The notes under the pieces: generated by a model
The model's database searches: none
What the model was told of the DNA's origin: nothing
Seen by the model: the letters and a program-made list of their open reading frames with translations, nothing else
Shown: in pieces, positions 1 to 11,916 of the stretch
How positions within the stretch are numbered: the first letter of the stretch is position 1
How the letters are laid out: each line of letters opens with the position of its first letter
Position numbers and translations under genes: made by a program
Assembly: GCA_963696385.1 (NCBI GenBank)
Contig: CAVOKF010000005.1
Location: 352,001 to 416,000, forward strand
DNA length: 64,000 nucleotides
Source: an uncultured delta proteobacterium
Lineage (GTDB): Bacteria > Myxococcota_A > Polyangia > Polyangiales > Polyangiaceae
Direction of reading: 5' to 3'

Positions 1-635
1 GCGACGAGCGCGTCATCCGCCCTGAACGACTCGCCCGCACGATTCCAGCATTGCTCCGTGTGATCGGTCGGGCAACGCGCCCGCAGAACCGCCGGTCCGT
101 CCAGGGAGAGGGCATGGACGAGGGCGTCCGGCCCCTCGAGGTTGGCGACGCCCATTCGTCGCGCGATGGCCCGCGCCCACGCTTCTCCGAGCGCCGTATT
201 CCCGTGCCCGAGCAGCTTCTCTGGAGTCTCCGAGGCGTGCTCGCATCGCACCGCGCGCCCTCCGCTCGGCCCTTTCATGGCCTCCCCCCGTTGTGCGAGC
301 CGCGATGGCCGTGACGATCAAAAGGGCCGAGCCGGGGTCCGAGCCCGTTTTCATCGATACCCAATCGAATGGCGTCGTCGTTCACGGGGCGTCGCAGGCC
401 ATACAACCCCAGGTCACCGACTTGCTCAAGGACGGCGATGGGGCCGATGTCGGTCCTCTCGCAAGGACGTACGGAGGGCCCGCGACGGTTCGGGTCCGTT
501 CACGGCTGAGCCGCCACCCGTGATCAGCGCGAATGTTCATTCTCACCGGACGAGGCGAGGGGTCCATTGCCGCAATGTTACGCCCGGCGCGTCTCGACCG
601 ATGCCCCCATTCCGCCGCGCCGACGAAGGCATCGA

Positions 636-664
636 TTGACGGCGGACATCGGGCTGCTTAACGT
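636..664 (+). promoter_or_regulatory. Candidate sigma70-type promoter for dksA
   Basis: TTGACG-17 nt-TAACGT, about 70 nt upstream of the dksA start. Confidence 0.45.
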
Positions 665-731
665 GCTCGGCCCTCAGCGGCGACGGGAATCGCGAGCGTA
701 TCGTGTTCAGGCGTACGGAGGCGCTCACCAC

Positions 732-1094
732 GTGAACAAGGCGACCCTCAAGAAGTTCAGGACGCTCCTCACCGACAAACGGGACGAGATCCTCAAGAAG
801 GCGAAGCAGACTCTCGAGCAAGACATGACACTCGACACGGACGATTTGCCCGACGAGATGGATTTTGCGTCGAGCGAGTATCTTCAATCGTTCACCTTCC
901 GATTGCGCGGACGGGAGAAGAGCTTTCTGGATAAAATCGAGAAGGCTCTTCGGAAAATCGACGAAGGGACGTTCGGTATCTGTGAAGAGTGCGGCGAAGA
1001 GATCCAGGTCAAGCGGCTGGAAGCGCGGCCCGAGACCACGCTTTGCATCCGCTGCAAGGAGGACCAGGAGCGAATGGAAAAGGACTACAGCTGA
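732..1094 (+). CDS. dksA: DksA/TraR C4 zinc-finger RNA polymerase-binding factor
   Basis: GTG start after GGAGG. Coiled coil with DEMDFA tip (DxxDxA motif) and zinc finger CEEC...CIRC with RLEARP. Confidence 0.9.
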   Translation: MNKATLKKFRTLLTDKRDEILKKAKQTLEQDMTLDTDDLPDEMDFASSEYLQSFTFRLRGREKSFLDKIEKALRKIDEGTFGICEECGEEIQVKRLEARPETTLCIRCKEDQERMEKDYS

Positions 1095-1224
1095 GCGCAG
1101 GCTCGGCCCCAAAGACCGCTCTGCACGCCCGGCGGATGGGGACGGGCGGCGGCCGAGCGACCTGGTTTGATCGCGCTGCAATGACCCGCGCCTTCGTCCG
1201 CCTCGACCGCTCGCCAGGGCGCGG

Positions 1225-4178
1225 TCAGGCGCGTGCGGCAATCGCAGCCGGTGTGCTTCGCCGCAACACCTCGCGCAGGTAGCGTCCGGTGTGCGAACGC
1301 TCCACCTCCACCAGATGCTCCGGCGTGCCGGCCGCGACGATCTCCCCGCCGCCTTCGCCCCCTTCCGGCCCGACATCGACGACCCAGTCGGCGCACGCCA
1401 CCACGTCAAGATTGTGTTCGATGACGATGATTGTGTTGCCCTGATCTCGCAGATCCGTCAGCGCCGTGAGCAACACCTCGATGTCGGCGAAGTGCAGACC
1501 GGTCGTCGGCTCGTCGAGCACGTAGAGGGTCCGTCCGGTCGCTCGTCGAGACAGCTCTCGCGCGAGCTTCACGCGCTGCGCCTCACCCCCCGACAAAGTC
1601 GTCGCCGGTTGTCCGAGCGACACGTATCCGAGGCCGACCTTTCGAAGTGCCTCGAGCTTGTCGGCGATTCTCGGAACCGCTCCGAATAGCTCGGACGACT
1701 GTTCTACGGTCACGTCGAGCGCGTCGGCGATCGACAGTCCGCGGTACTTGACCTCGAGCGTCTCGCGGTTGTATCGGCGGCCGCCGCAGGCGTCGCAGGT
1801 CACGAAAACGTCCGGAAGAAAATGCATCTCCACGCGAAGCACGCCATCGCCTTGGCACGCTTCGCAGCGCCCGCCTTTGACGTTGAACGAGAAGCGCCCG
1901 GCCTTGTAGCCGCGCGCTCGGGCGTCGGGCAACCCGGCATAAAGTTCGCGGAGCAAGGCGAAGATGCCCGTGTAGGTCGCCGGATTGGATCGGGCGTGCG
2001 GCCGATGGGCGCTTGATCGATCGAAACGACCTTGTCGATGTGATCCAAACCATCCACGCGATCGCATTCGCCGACCGGTGCCGTAGCGTTGTAGAGCTTA
2101 GCCCGCGCCGCCGGTAGTAAGGTATCGACGATGAGGCTCGATTTACCGCTGCCGCTCACACCCGTTACGCACGTGAACAATCCAATGGGAATCTCGGCCG
2201 TGACATTTCGCAGGTTATGCGCTCGAGCGCCGACGACCCGCACGCACGCCTTGGTACGAGGTCGCCTCTTTTTCGGCACGGGCAACTGGCGGGCCCCCGT
2301 TAACCAGGGGCCGGTGATCGAATCCGGCGAGGCCATGAGCTCTGCAGGCGTGCCCTGGGCGACGATCTGACCTCCGTGCACGCCGGCGCCCGGGCCCATG
2401 TCGATCACGTGATCGGCCGAGAGGATCGCCTCGCGATCATGCTCCACGACGATCACCGTATTGCCGAGATCCCTGAGCCGGGCCTGCGCCTCGATGAGGC
2501 GTGCATTGTCCCGAGCGTGCAAGCCCACGCTCGGCTCGTCGAGTACGTAGAGAACGCCGACGAGCGCCGCTCCGATTTGGGTCGCCAGCCGAATGCGTTG
2601 TCCTTCGCCCGATGAGAGCGTTTGCGCACTTCGATCGAGGGTCAAATAGTCGAGTCCCACCTCGATCAAGAACCCGAGTCTCGCCGCAACGGCCTTGAGG
2701 AGCGGCTGAGCGATGGCCCGTTCGCGCGGGCCAAAAGCGTGCCCGTCGGCCTCGACCCCGTTGCTTCGTTCCTTGCCGAGACTCTCCACGAAGGTCCGTA
2801 CGTGCCGAAGCGGCAATGCACCGACTTGAGCGACATCCTTTCCTCCGAGCTTGACCGCGAGCGCCTCCGGGCGAAGCCGCTTACCCTTGCAGGCATCGCA
2901 CGTACGAGTCACGAGAAAGCGTCCGATCTCGTCGTCCGCGATGCCGCCCTCGCCGAGATCGGGGTCCTCATCCTCGCCGGGGTCCAACCGCGCCTCCGCG
3001 AGCATGGCAAGCCGTTGCTGCAGACGTGGGACGACCCCCTCGTAGCCTTTTTGACGTCCGATGTCCTTCCGTCGCGTTGCCGTTTTCGGCGAACGCCGCG
3101 CCGGCCGATCTTTCGGAGAGGTCTCCGGCGCGGTTCCGAACAGGATGGCCTTCCGCTTCTCCTCCGGCATCTTCGACCACGAGATGTCCGCGCTGATTCC
3201 AAGGGTCTCTACTGCGCGGACGACCTCGCTTGCGAGGGCCACGCTTCCCCGACGCCCCCAGGCCATGACGACCCCCTCGCGCAGGCTGTGCCGCGGGTCG
3301 CCGATGCAGCGCTCCGGGTCGATGACGTCGCGTGCCCCCAACCCGTCACAGGCCGGGCAAGCGCCGTGCGGGCCGTTGAAGGAGAACATGCGCGGTTCGA
3401 TTGGTGGAAGCGAGATGCCGCAATCGACGCACGCGAACCGTTCGCTCATCCAGAGCGGCTCGTCGTCGCCCGGCTGCACGAGCAGGCGTCCCTCGCCGAG
3501 CTTCAGCGCGAGCTCCACGCTGTCGGTCAAGCGGCCCTTGATCCCCTCCTTGAGAACGAGGCGATCGACGACGACGTCGAGGTCGTGCACGCGGGACCGA
3601 TCGAGTTCGATTTCATCACCGAGGTCGACGACCGATTCGTCGATGCGCGCGCGGACGAACCCCTCACGACGCAAGCGCTCCAGTTCGAGCTTGAGCTCCC
3701 CCTTTCGAGCGCGCGCGATCGGGGCTAGGACGCTGAGCTTGGTCCCATCGGGCATTGCGAGCACGCGATCGACGATCTGCTGCACCGTTTGCGCTTCGAT
3801 GCGTTTTCCGCAGCTCGGACAGTGAGGAATGCCTACTCGGGCGTAGAGAAGACGAAGGTAATCGGCTACTTCCGTGACGGTTCCGACGGTGGACCGCGGC
3901 GATTTGGAAAGCGGACGCTGTTCGATGGCGATCGCCGGGCTCAGGCCGTCGATTCGCTCCACGTCGGGTTTGGCTAGTTGTTCGAGGAATTGGCGCGCGT
4001 AAGCGCTCAACGATTCGACGTACCGTCGCTGGCCCTCGGCATAGATCGTGTCGAACGCGAGCGACGACTTGCCCGAGCCGCTTGGCCCGGTAAATACGAC
4101 GATCTTGCCACGCGGCAGACTGAGACTGACATTCTTCAGATTGTGCTGCCGCGCGCCGACGACGATCAGCCGATCCAA
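1225..4178 (-). CDS. uvrA: Excinuclease ABC subunit A (canonical), one frameshift near 1992
   Basis: [29 protein letters not shown], second Walker [27 protein letters not shown]. Split between ORFs 1800..4178 and 1225..2067 inside the conserved [13 protein letters not shown] motif (one base missing). Confidence 0.93.
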
Positions 4179-4472
4179 GGGGAGTAGAAGCGGTTAGCAC
4201 GACGGTCGTTGTCGTGCCCCGTGTGGTAGCTTTTGGGTGATGCCCGCCGAGCCGGCCGCCTCGGGGCGCCCTTCCGCGAACGAAACCGTCCGACGACGAT
4301 TGGCCACGATGCGTCATGCACGGGGATCGGGCAACGTGTGGGAATCGTGTCGTCACGCGAGAAGGCCAACCCGGCTTGTGATACGGGTAGATGACCCTTG
4401 GTCAGAGCGAGCACGTCATCGCTCTCGTCTACCGCGTCGAAACGCGGGGCTTTCGGGACGGCTCGTGTAGAC

Positions 4473-7400
4473 ATGTTCAAGGTCGAGTGCGAGTCGTGCA
4501 AGGCTCCCTACCAAATCGACGAACGCCGTGTTCCGCCCGGCGGTCTCAAGATGCGGTGCCCCAAATGCGGTCACTCGTTTGTCGTCACGGCGCCCGGTGC
4601 GGCGCCCGCTAAGGCCGCTGCGCCTGTGGCCCCACCGCCGGCCGGCTTGCCCCTTCGGCCGCCGGCGATCGCACCTCCAATCCCAGCCGAAGCACCCGCT
4701 CCGCCGGTGGCGGCCGCTCGACCGGCGCCCGCTCCGCCGGTGGCGGCCGCTCGACCGCCGCCCGTCCCGCCGGTAGCGGCCCCTCGACCGGCGCCCGCTC
4801 CGTCGGTGGCGGCCGCTCGACCGCCGCCTGTCCCGCCGGTAGCGGCCGGCCGGCCGCGGCCCGCGCCACCGGTAGCAGCCCTTCGACCGCCACCGGTCGC
4901 TGTGCCGGCCAAAGCCGCTCCCGCGCACATGGACAAGGCGGCCGCGCCCCACAAGATCATCGCCGGCGGCGCGCCACCCGCGTCCCCAGAGCGGAGCCTG
5001 CCTGAGGCTCGGGGCGAACTGCCTTCGGATTTCCCTGCCGCTCTTGGAGCGCTCGACGAGTCCGACCTTCCCATCGTCTCGGCGCACGCGCGGTCCGACC
5101 TTCCCACCGTCTCGGCGCACACGCGGTCCGACCTTCCCATCGTCTCGACGCAACGGCCGCTGCCTCGGGCGGTATCGGCGGCGACGCCGCAAACGTCATT
5201 TTCGCCCGGCTCTCACCATGGCGTTGCCGACGACTTCGGACTCGACTTGCCGGAGCCCGCCCCGCTTGAGTCGCCGACCGCGACCCGGAGCCGATCGATG
5301 TCTTGGCGCGATTCGGACTCGGATCTGCCGGCCGCTCTGTCCGACTTGCCAGCCCTCACGGCAAGCCTTCCCTCCCGGTCAAGTGTCGATCCCTCGGAGA
5401 GCGCCGGGCTCCCGGTACCCGCCGCAGCGCTGCCCGCGAAAGGACACTCCAAGGCAGCATCGGGCCATGACCTTCCCGTCCCGGTCACGCCTTCCCGGGG
5501 CTTCGGCGAGATCGAGCTCCCCAGTGTCGCCGAGGTGTTACCGGCGCGCACCGGGAGCGAGCCGACGGGATCGCCCCGCTTGGTTCCTGAGTCGGAGATG
5601 GCTCACGGCTTCGGCGAGATCGATCTCCCTCGGGAGGCGCCGACGATCCCAAAGCCTTCGTCGGATCCTCCGCTGCACCGCACCTCGGAGTCCTCCGAGT
5701 TCGGTGATTTCGAGCTCGAAGAGCCGCCGCCCCCGCGAAGGTCGTCAGGAGCTATGAACGCGGTCACTCGCCCCGAGTCGGGCGGCACTCCGGGCGGAAT
5801 GAACTTTGGTGAAGTCGATCTCGGAGGAGCCGACGGGTCGAATCCGTCCGATCGGTCCGGCGCCCTGCCCACGGTCGAAGGTGGTTCGTCGGCGGACTCC
5901 GACACCGATGCTCCCCCGGAGGCGACGTCGTGGAGACCTCCTGCCCCGGCCGTGGCGGCTTCACAGCCGATTGGTCGCGCAGCCTCCCCCGAGTCGACGA
6001 AACGGCGCGCTTCCCCTGGCAGGCTCGTCGCCTTGGTTGCGCTCATGCTTCTCCTGACCGGTGGCGCGGCGCTGCAACTGACGCCCTACGGTGCCTACGG
6101 GTATCTCGTTGTCACGGATGTGATCCGGTCCGGCGACTACGCCAGGGCCACTGCGACGGCCATGCGCGAGGCCGAGGCCACACTCGGTCCGGACACGTAC
6201 GAAGGGGCCAAGGCGGCCATGGCCTTGGCGTACGTGGCACACTCGCGTACGCCGCGAGCCAAACCGCTCACGGCATACGGTGCGCTCGTCGACTCGGCAG
6301 CCAGCCTGCGGTTCGGCGCGGACACGACGCGCGCGTCGCGCGCCAAGCAGCTCCTTCTGGAGCTCCCGCTGGATCAGGTCGTGAAGTATCGCGACGTCGC
6401 CATGGCCGCGCAGTTCGCCGAAGCAGGCGATTTCGTAAAGGCTCGCAGCAATCTCGACGTCGCGGGCAAGTACGATTCGACGGATCCCGTGCAGGTCGAG
6501 ATCGCGCTGCTGCGTGGCGACGTGGATCTCGCAATCGGCGACGGACTGGCGGCGCTGAGCGACTTCAAGCGTGCGCTGGCGTTGTCCGACGACGCACGCG
6601 CGCACTTTGGGCTCGCGCGCGCATTCGATTCGCTCGGCGAGGCTGCGAGCGCCAGGATGGAGATCGGTGCGACGCTCGCCAGATCGCCGAAACACATTGG
6701 GGCGCTCACGCTGCGCGCCCGGCGTCAGAGCGAAGCTGTGGACCCCGCCAGTGCAATCGCGGATCTGTCGACTATTTTGGACACCCCCGTACAGGCGGCG
6801 GCTTCTCCGGCCGAGCTGTCCGATGCGTACGCCGCGAGGGCGTGGGTGCGCTTGGAGCTCGGCGAAGCGACCGCTGCTCGGGAAGCCTTTGCGCGCGCGG
6901 TCAGCCTCAACCCGTCGAACATCGAGGCGCTGAACGGTGAAGGGCGGCTGTTGCTCAACGAGGGGCGCTACGCCGAAGCTCTCGCGCGGCTCGACAAAGC
7001 TCTCGAGCTCGCTCCCAATTCGCCTCAGACGATTGCAAGTGATGCCGAAGCCAAATTCGAACTCGAACGACTATCGGATGCCAAACAGCAGCTTGTTGCG
7101 GCGAGAGAGCGATTCCCGAAGAACATGGCCATTCTTCTGTTGCTCGCGCGGGTCGAAGAGCGGTCGGGTGAGGTCGATGCCGCGCAAGGCCACCTGCGCA
7201 TCGCGATCTCGACCGTCGACCCCTTGCGGCCCGAGGCGGTGCTGCCGTACATCGCACTCTGCGAGCTGGACTCTGCACGTGGCCGTCTGGACGACGCGAA
7301 AGCCGTCCTCGAGGACGCGAGGAAGGCGCTTCCGCCCTCGTCGGCGCTTGAGCGCGCGTTCGGCGAGTTCGACGAGCGTCAGGGCGACTTTGAAGGGGCG

Positions 7401-8484
7401 ATCGCACACTACCGGTCGGCCATAGCGAAGGGGCCGAAGGACGTTGCCGCTCACTTCCGGCTTGCGGTGGCTCTGCGCCGAGTTCGCCGGTTCGCCGACG
7501 CGTCGGTCGAGCTCGATCGGGTCGCCACGGTGGACCGCGATTATCCAGGAATCTTCCTTGAGCGAGGCCTTCTCTTCGAGGATTCAGGCGACGTTGAGCG
7601 TGCCATCGAGCAGTTCAAGAAGGCCCTCTCGAAGGCGCCCGAGGATCCAGACCTGCAGTTGCGCGTCGGATTCTGCCTACGTCGCAATTGGGCGGCCGGA
7701 CGATGCGCTACCGATGTTGCACAAAGTTCTCGACAAACGTCCGGCGAGCGCCGAGGCCAACCATTACATCGGTCGCGCTCTGTTGCTTCAGGGCGGGTCG
7801 GCACAGCCCGAGGCTCTCCGATATCTCAAACGCGCGGTCGAACTCGATCCGAATTCCGCTGAGTTCCACGTTTATCTGGCGTGGGCCGCCAACGACGTGA
7901 CCCCGGCGCAGCTAGAGCTTGCTCGGGACGAAATCGACCGCGCCCTGGCGCTCGACCAGATGAACGCCGAGGCTTACTGGCAGCGAGGCGTGCTCGAGCG
8001 CATGGAGGGGGCGATCGATGACGCCGTAGCGGACGAAAAGCGCGCACTCGAGCTGCGTCCCGCGAGGAGCGAAGCGCATGCGACATTGGCGGAATGTTAC
8101 GAAGACAAAAACGACGACGCTGCGGCGCTCGTCGAGTGGCCTCGTGCCCTCGCGGGCGATGGCGTCGGGTCTTCGGCGGATGCAACGATTGCACATCCCT
8201 ATTGGCACTATCGGTACGGCAAGCTTCTGTTCGAGAAAGGCAACGTTGCCGCGGCGGCCGCCCAGTTGGTCCCAGCGTCGGCCGCGGCGGAGAAGCTCGA
8301 GAGTCGGCCCGGCTGGGCTGCCCCGCTCGAGTTTCTGGTCGCCGAAGCGCTGCGAGGCGCGGGCCGCCGGGCCGACGCGGTCGACCACTATCGACGGTTT
8401 CTCGACATCGCGCCCGTCAATTCGCCGGACCGCTACGATGCGGAAAAGGCGCTTTCGCAACTCGCGGGCAAGCCCGACCGTTGA
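4473..8484 (+). CDS. Zinc-ribbon (MJ0042-type) / Pro-rich linker / TM / TPR-repeat protein, frameshift near 7670
   Basis: N-terminal MFKVECESC...MRCPKC, one TM segment (LVALVALMLLLTGGAAL), many TPR-like helices. TPRs continue in ORF 7444..8484 after one extra T (GTC GGA t TCT GCC TAC). Confidence 0.8.
4698..4895 (+). repeat. Coding tandem repeat, 6 x 33 bp (APPVAAARPAP-like)
   Basis: gctccgccggtggcggccgctcgaccggcgccc and five variants head to tail. Confidence 0.9.
5061..5147 (+). repeat. Coding tandem repeat, ~2.6 x 33 bp (SDLPIVSAHAR)
   Basis: tccgaccttccca(t/c)cgtctcg unit repeated three times at 33-bp spacing. Confidence 0.9.
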
Positions 8485-8536
8485 CCTGCCCCGCGATACG
8501 GGTGTGCCGCGATCGTTCGGATGGTACGGTCTCGTC

Positions 8537-9403
8537 GTGTCCACAGCCGATCGGGATCTCGCGGGGCGTCTCATCGTGGTTACGGGAGCGAACACCGGCA
8601 TCGGTCGTGCGACTGCGGAGTGCCTTGCCACCCGCGGGGCGACGGTGGTGCTGGCTTGCCGCTCCGAGGAACGAACCAGGCCCGTGCTCGACCGCATCGT
8701 CGCGCGCGGCGGCGATGCTCTCTTCGTTCCCCTCGATCTCGGCGCGCTCGCATCGGTGCGCGCGGGCGCCGCACGCATCGATGCGCTCGGCCGGCCGATC
8801 GACGTCCTCATCAACAATGGGGGTGTAGCCGGTCAGCGAGGCCTGACGGCCGATGGTTTCGAGCTCGCCTTTGGCACCAACCATCTGGGTCATTTCCTGT
8901 TGACCGTGCTTCTGTCCTCTCGACTCCGCGCAGCCGATCGCGGCCGCATCGTCAATGTCTCGAGTCACGCTCATTACAAGGCGCGTGGGATCGACTTCGA
9001 TGCGGTACGGCGACAGACACGATCCATCACCGGTCTGCCGGAATACGCGGTATCGAAGCTCGCGAACGTATTGTTCACGCGTGGGCTTGCGCGGCGCATC
9101 GGGCCGAGCGGGGTGAAAAGCTATGCCCTTCACCCGGGCACTGTTGCATCGGATGCATGGCGCCGCATGCCCTGGCCGATCCGGCCGCTCATCAAGCTAG
9201 GCATGATTTCGAACGAAGACGGCGCGAAAACGTCGATCTATTGTGCGACCTCGCCGGATGTTGCGGGCGAAGACGGCAATTATTACGACAAGTGCCGGCC
9301 GACGGCGCCCAGTCGAGTCGCGCAGGACGCCGCGCTCGCCGACGATCTTTGGAATCGGAGCATGGAGTTTACCGGGGCACCCCCTTCGATCGCCGCCGGG
9401 TAG
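8537..9403 (+). CDS. Short-chain dehydrogenase/reductase (retinol-dehydrogenase-like)
   Basis: TGANTGIG, LINNGG, FGTNHLGHF, catalytic YAVSK, LHPG. GTG start chosen by domain boundary. Confidence 0.9.
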   Translation: MSTADRDLAGRLIVVTGANTGIGRATAECLATRGATVVLACRSEERTRPVLDRIVARGGDALFVPLDLGALASVRAGAARIDALGRPIDVLINNGGVAGQRGLTADGFELAFGTNHLGHFLLTVLLSSRLRAADRGRIVNVSSHAHYKARGIDFDAVRRQTRSITGLPEYAVSKLANVLFTRGLARRIGPSGVKSYALHPGTVASDAWRRMPWPIRPLIKLGMISNEDGAKTSIYCATSPDVAGEDGNYYDKCRPTAPSRVAQDAALADDLWNRSMEFTGAPPSIAAG

Positions 9404-9418
9404 CGACGCGAGCGGCGT

Positions 9419-10264
9419 TCACACGTCGGCGTCGAGTGCGGCGGCCATGCGGGCGAAGGAGCCGACGCCCAACGTCTCGCCACGGTCCGTGAGCGCGACT
9501 CCGGCGGCATTCGCGGCCCGCTCCAGGGCGCATGGGTCGCGGGCGACGCCTGCCCACGCGTTGCGCAGGGTCTTTCTCCGCGCTTGAAACGCAGCGCGCA
9601 CGAGCGCTCGGAACGATGCCGTTTCGCGCGCGCGGGGAGGGTGTACCGGGACGAACTCGACCACCGCGCTCGTGACTTCGGGCGCCGGATGAAACGCGCC
9701 CGCGGGTGCGCGAATGACGCGGCGGATGTCGAACACGGCCTGCGCGAACACGCTGAGGGCGCCGAACGATTTGGTATCCGGCTCCGCCGTGAGGCGACGT
9801 GCGACTTCGTCTTGCACCATGAACACCACCCGGTCGACGGACGCAACCCGGTCGATCGTCAGCCGAAGCAGCGGACCCACGATCGAATAAGGCAAATTCC
9901 CGCAAAGAATCCGGGGGGAGCCGTCGATCGCATCACCTAGGAGCGCTCCCCAGTCGATCGATAGCGCGTCGCCCTCCAGGATGCGTACGGGGGTTCCCTG
10001 AAGCTCGCGCGCGAGCACGGGTACCAGGTCGCGATCGCGTTCGATCGCGATCAGCTCGTGCGTCCGCTCCGCGAGCCGTCGCGTGAGGCTCCCGGTCCCT
10101 GCGCCGATCTCCACGACCCGCGCGTGCCCGATCTCGTCGTCTCGGACGCACGAGCCGGCGATGGCCCTCGCAATGGCGTCCGCGACGAGGAAATTTTGGC
10201 CGAGGCTCTTTTTCGGGCGCAGCCCCGCATGTCGCAGCACGACTCGCGGATCGTGCGCCGTCAT
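9419..10264 (-). CDS. rsmA: 16S rRNA m6,2A dimethyltransferase RsmA/KsgA
   Basis: PKKSLGQNFL, VEIGAGTG, GNLPY, MVQDEVARRL. ATGA overlap with the upstream DUF58 gene. Confidence 0.93.
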   Translation of the reverse strand: MTAHDPRVVLRHAGLRPKKSLGQNFLVADAIARAIAGSCVRDDEIGHARVVEIGAGTGSLTRRLAERTHELIAIERDRDLVPVLARELQGTPVRILEGDALSIDWGALLGDAIDGSPRILCGNLPYSIVGPLLRLTIDRVASVDRVVFMVQDEVARRLTAEPDTKSFGALSVFAQAVFDIRRVIRAPAGAFHPAPEVTSAVVEFVPVHPPRARETASFRALVRAAFQARRKTLRNAWAGVARDPCALERAANAAGVALTDRGETLGVGSFARMAAALDADV

Positions 10265-11892
10265 CGCGACTCTCCACGGAATGGATCGTCGTGCAGATCG
10301 CGGCGGTTCGCCTCGCTGGCGCGTCGGCCAGGGCGGGCGAGGACGATGCGAATCCCGAGGCGACGCAAGGCGCGCTCGCCGCGTTCGCGAGCGGCGTGCG
10401 CTCGCACGCACACCGCTTCGTTCACGACGGCGGAAATCTCGACGGCGCCCGGGCGAACCCGATCGACGTGAGGCCTGCCTAATCCCGCTTCGAACGGTGG
10501 GAGGCTCCAGCGCACCTCGATGCCGTGCGCTCGCAGTGCTCCAACCTGGGATGCAAGCAGATCGGGTCGAGACGGGGGCGGCGCCCATACCTGCACGAAG
10601 TCCGGGCGGGGTCTCAGAGCCGACAGGCGTCCCAAAGACGTCGCCAAAGCACGCTCCGCTTCGGGCCGTTCCCCGTCGACGCGCGGTGGCGATTCGATTC
10701 CGAACGAGGCCAGGTAGTGTCTGAGGCGACGTTCCCGCAACGTCGCTCCAAACGGCAGCGGAGGGGAGAATGGGGCTCGCGAGCGAAGGTCATCGATCCG
10801 TGTCGCGAGCGCGTCGAGATCCGCTCTCGGCAGGTCGGCTAGGCCTCTCGGGTCGAGCGGCCTGGCATGTTCGACAACCCGTCGCGCGACCTCCGCTTCG
10901 TCAATCTCCGAGCGGTCCGCATCGACGGTTTCCGCCGCGCCCGCGAGCGCGCGGGCCAGAATCGACACGTGTGTCGCGCTGGCTTGGGGCTCGATCCATG
11001 CCTGTATGCGGGAAGCCACAACGACGAGGCCGACGCGGTCCCCGTGGCGCAAGCAGGCACCCGCAAACGACGCGACGTCGTCGACGACCCGGTCCAGCGG
11101 TGCGTTGCCGACGGGTCCCGCCCACAGCTCGACCGACGCGTCGACGACCAGCCAGATCAGGGCGCGATCCCCGCGGTCCATTTCTCGAACGAGCAGGCGT
11201 CCGCGGCGCGCGCTCGCCTTCCACGCGATTCGCTTGAACGGATCCCCGGGCGCGTAATCCCGCAGCTCACGCAGATCATGGCCTTCCAAGGGCCGGCCCG
11301 AACGCTCGGCTGCGGCCGTCGTCCTCGTTCGACCGCCGCGCGGCGATCCGACGAACGCCGAAAGCGCCGCCGGAAGAACCTCGATTCCAAGCGGGTTTGC
11401 GAAGAGGAGCGGCACTTCGAAAGCGCCCGTGGCACCGAAGGGCGTTGCGCTCACCTCGAGCCCCAAGCCGTGAATGCCCCATTGTCCAACCCGAGGCGCT
11501 TGCACCTTCAATTCGACGGTCGCGCTGGCATGGGGCGGCAGATCGAGCAGGTCGGGCTCGAGCGTGACCGATAGGAGGCTCGACGCGATGGGTTGGAGCC
11601 CGCTGACCCGGATGCGCTCATCTCCGCCGTTTCGTAGCTCGCTACGGATGACGACGCTGCCGCCGCGCGGCACGACGTGAACCCGTCGGGCGTCCGCCCA
11701 TGTCATCTCGAATCCGGCCGACCGTAACCGCGCGACGCCGACGCGGGCAATCGCTTGCCCAAACGCGATAGCAAGCAGCATCGCGCCGCCGAACCCGACA
11801 ACGGGCGGGAGCCGTGCGGCCGCCCCGAGGGTCACCATGGCGATACCCGCGACAGCCACATGAAACGTTGCTCGCGTAGGATACAGATGCAC
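10261..11892 (-). CDS. DUF58 domain membrane protein (MoxR partner)
   Basis: N-terminal TM pair. ELRDYAPGDPFKRIAWKASAR motif, VVDAS, GDRVGL. Confidence 0.85.
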   Translation of the reverse strand: MHLYPTRATFHVAVAGIAMVTLGAAARLPPVVGFGGAMLLAIAFGQAIARVGVARLRSAGFEMTWADARRVHVVPRGGSVVIRSELRNGGDERIRVSGLQPIASSLLSVTLEPDLLDLPPHASATVELKVQAPRVGQWGIHGLGLEVSATPFGATGAFEVPLLFANPLGIEVLPAALSAFVGSPRGGRTRTTAAAERSGRPLEGHDLRELRDYAPGDPFKRIAWKASARRGRLLVREMDRGDRALIWLVVDASVELWAGPVGNAPLDRVVDDVASFAGACLRHGDRVGLVVVASRIQAWIEPQASATHVSILARALAGAAETVDADRSEIDEAEVARRVVEHARPLDPRGLADLPRADLDALATRIDDLRSRAPFSPPLPFGATLRERRLRHYLASFGIESPPRVDGERPEAERALATSLGRLSALRPRPDFVQVWAPPPSRPDLLASQVGALRAHGIEVRWSLPPFEAGLGRPHVDRVRPGAVEISAVVNEAVCVRAHAARERGERALRRLGIRIVLARPGRRASEANRRDLHDDPFRGESR

Positions 11893-11916
11893 GATGGGCT
11901 CGCGGTCGGGTCTAGC

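Noticed and set aside
1..560. Several overlapping short ORFs at the window start
   Set aside because: No recognisable motif and no frame clearly preferred. Upstream context is missing
694..712. GTTCAGG resembling half of the Myxococcus LexA box upstream of dksA
   Set aside because: The left half does not match the consensus
4698..5147. 33-bp periodic repeats as a possible CRISPR array
   Set aside because: No unique spacers, repeats are in-frame coding sequence, no cas genes
1225..8484. uvrA and the TPR gene as true pseudogenes or programmed frameshifts
   Set aside because: Single indels with no other decay and no slippery sequence. Sequencing error is more parsimonious
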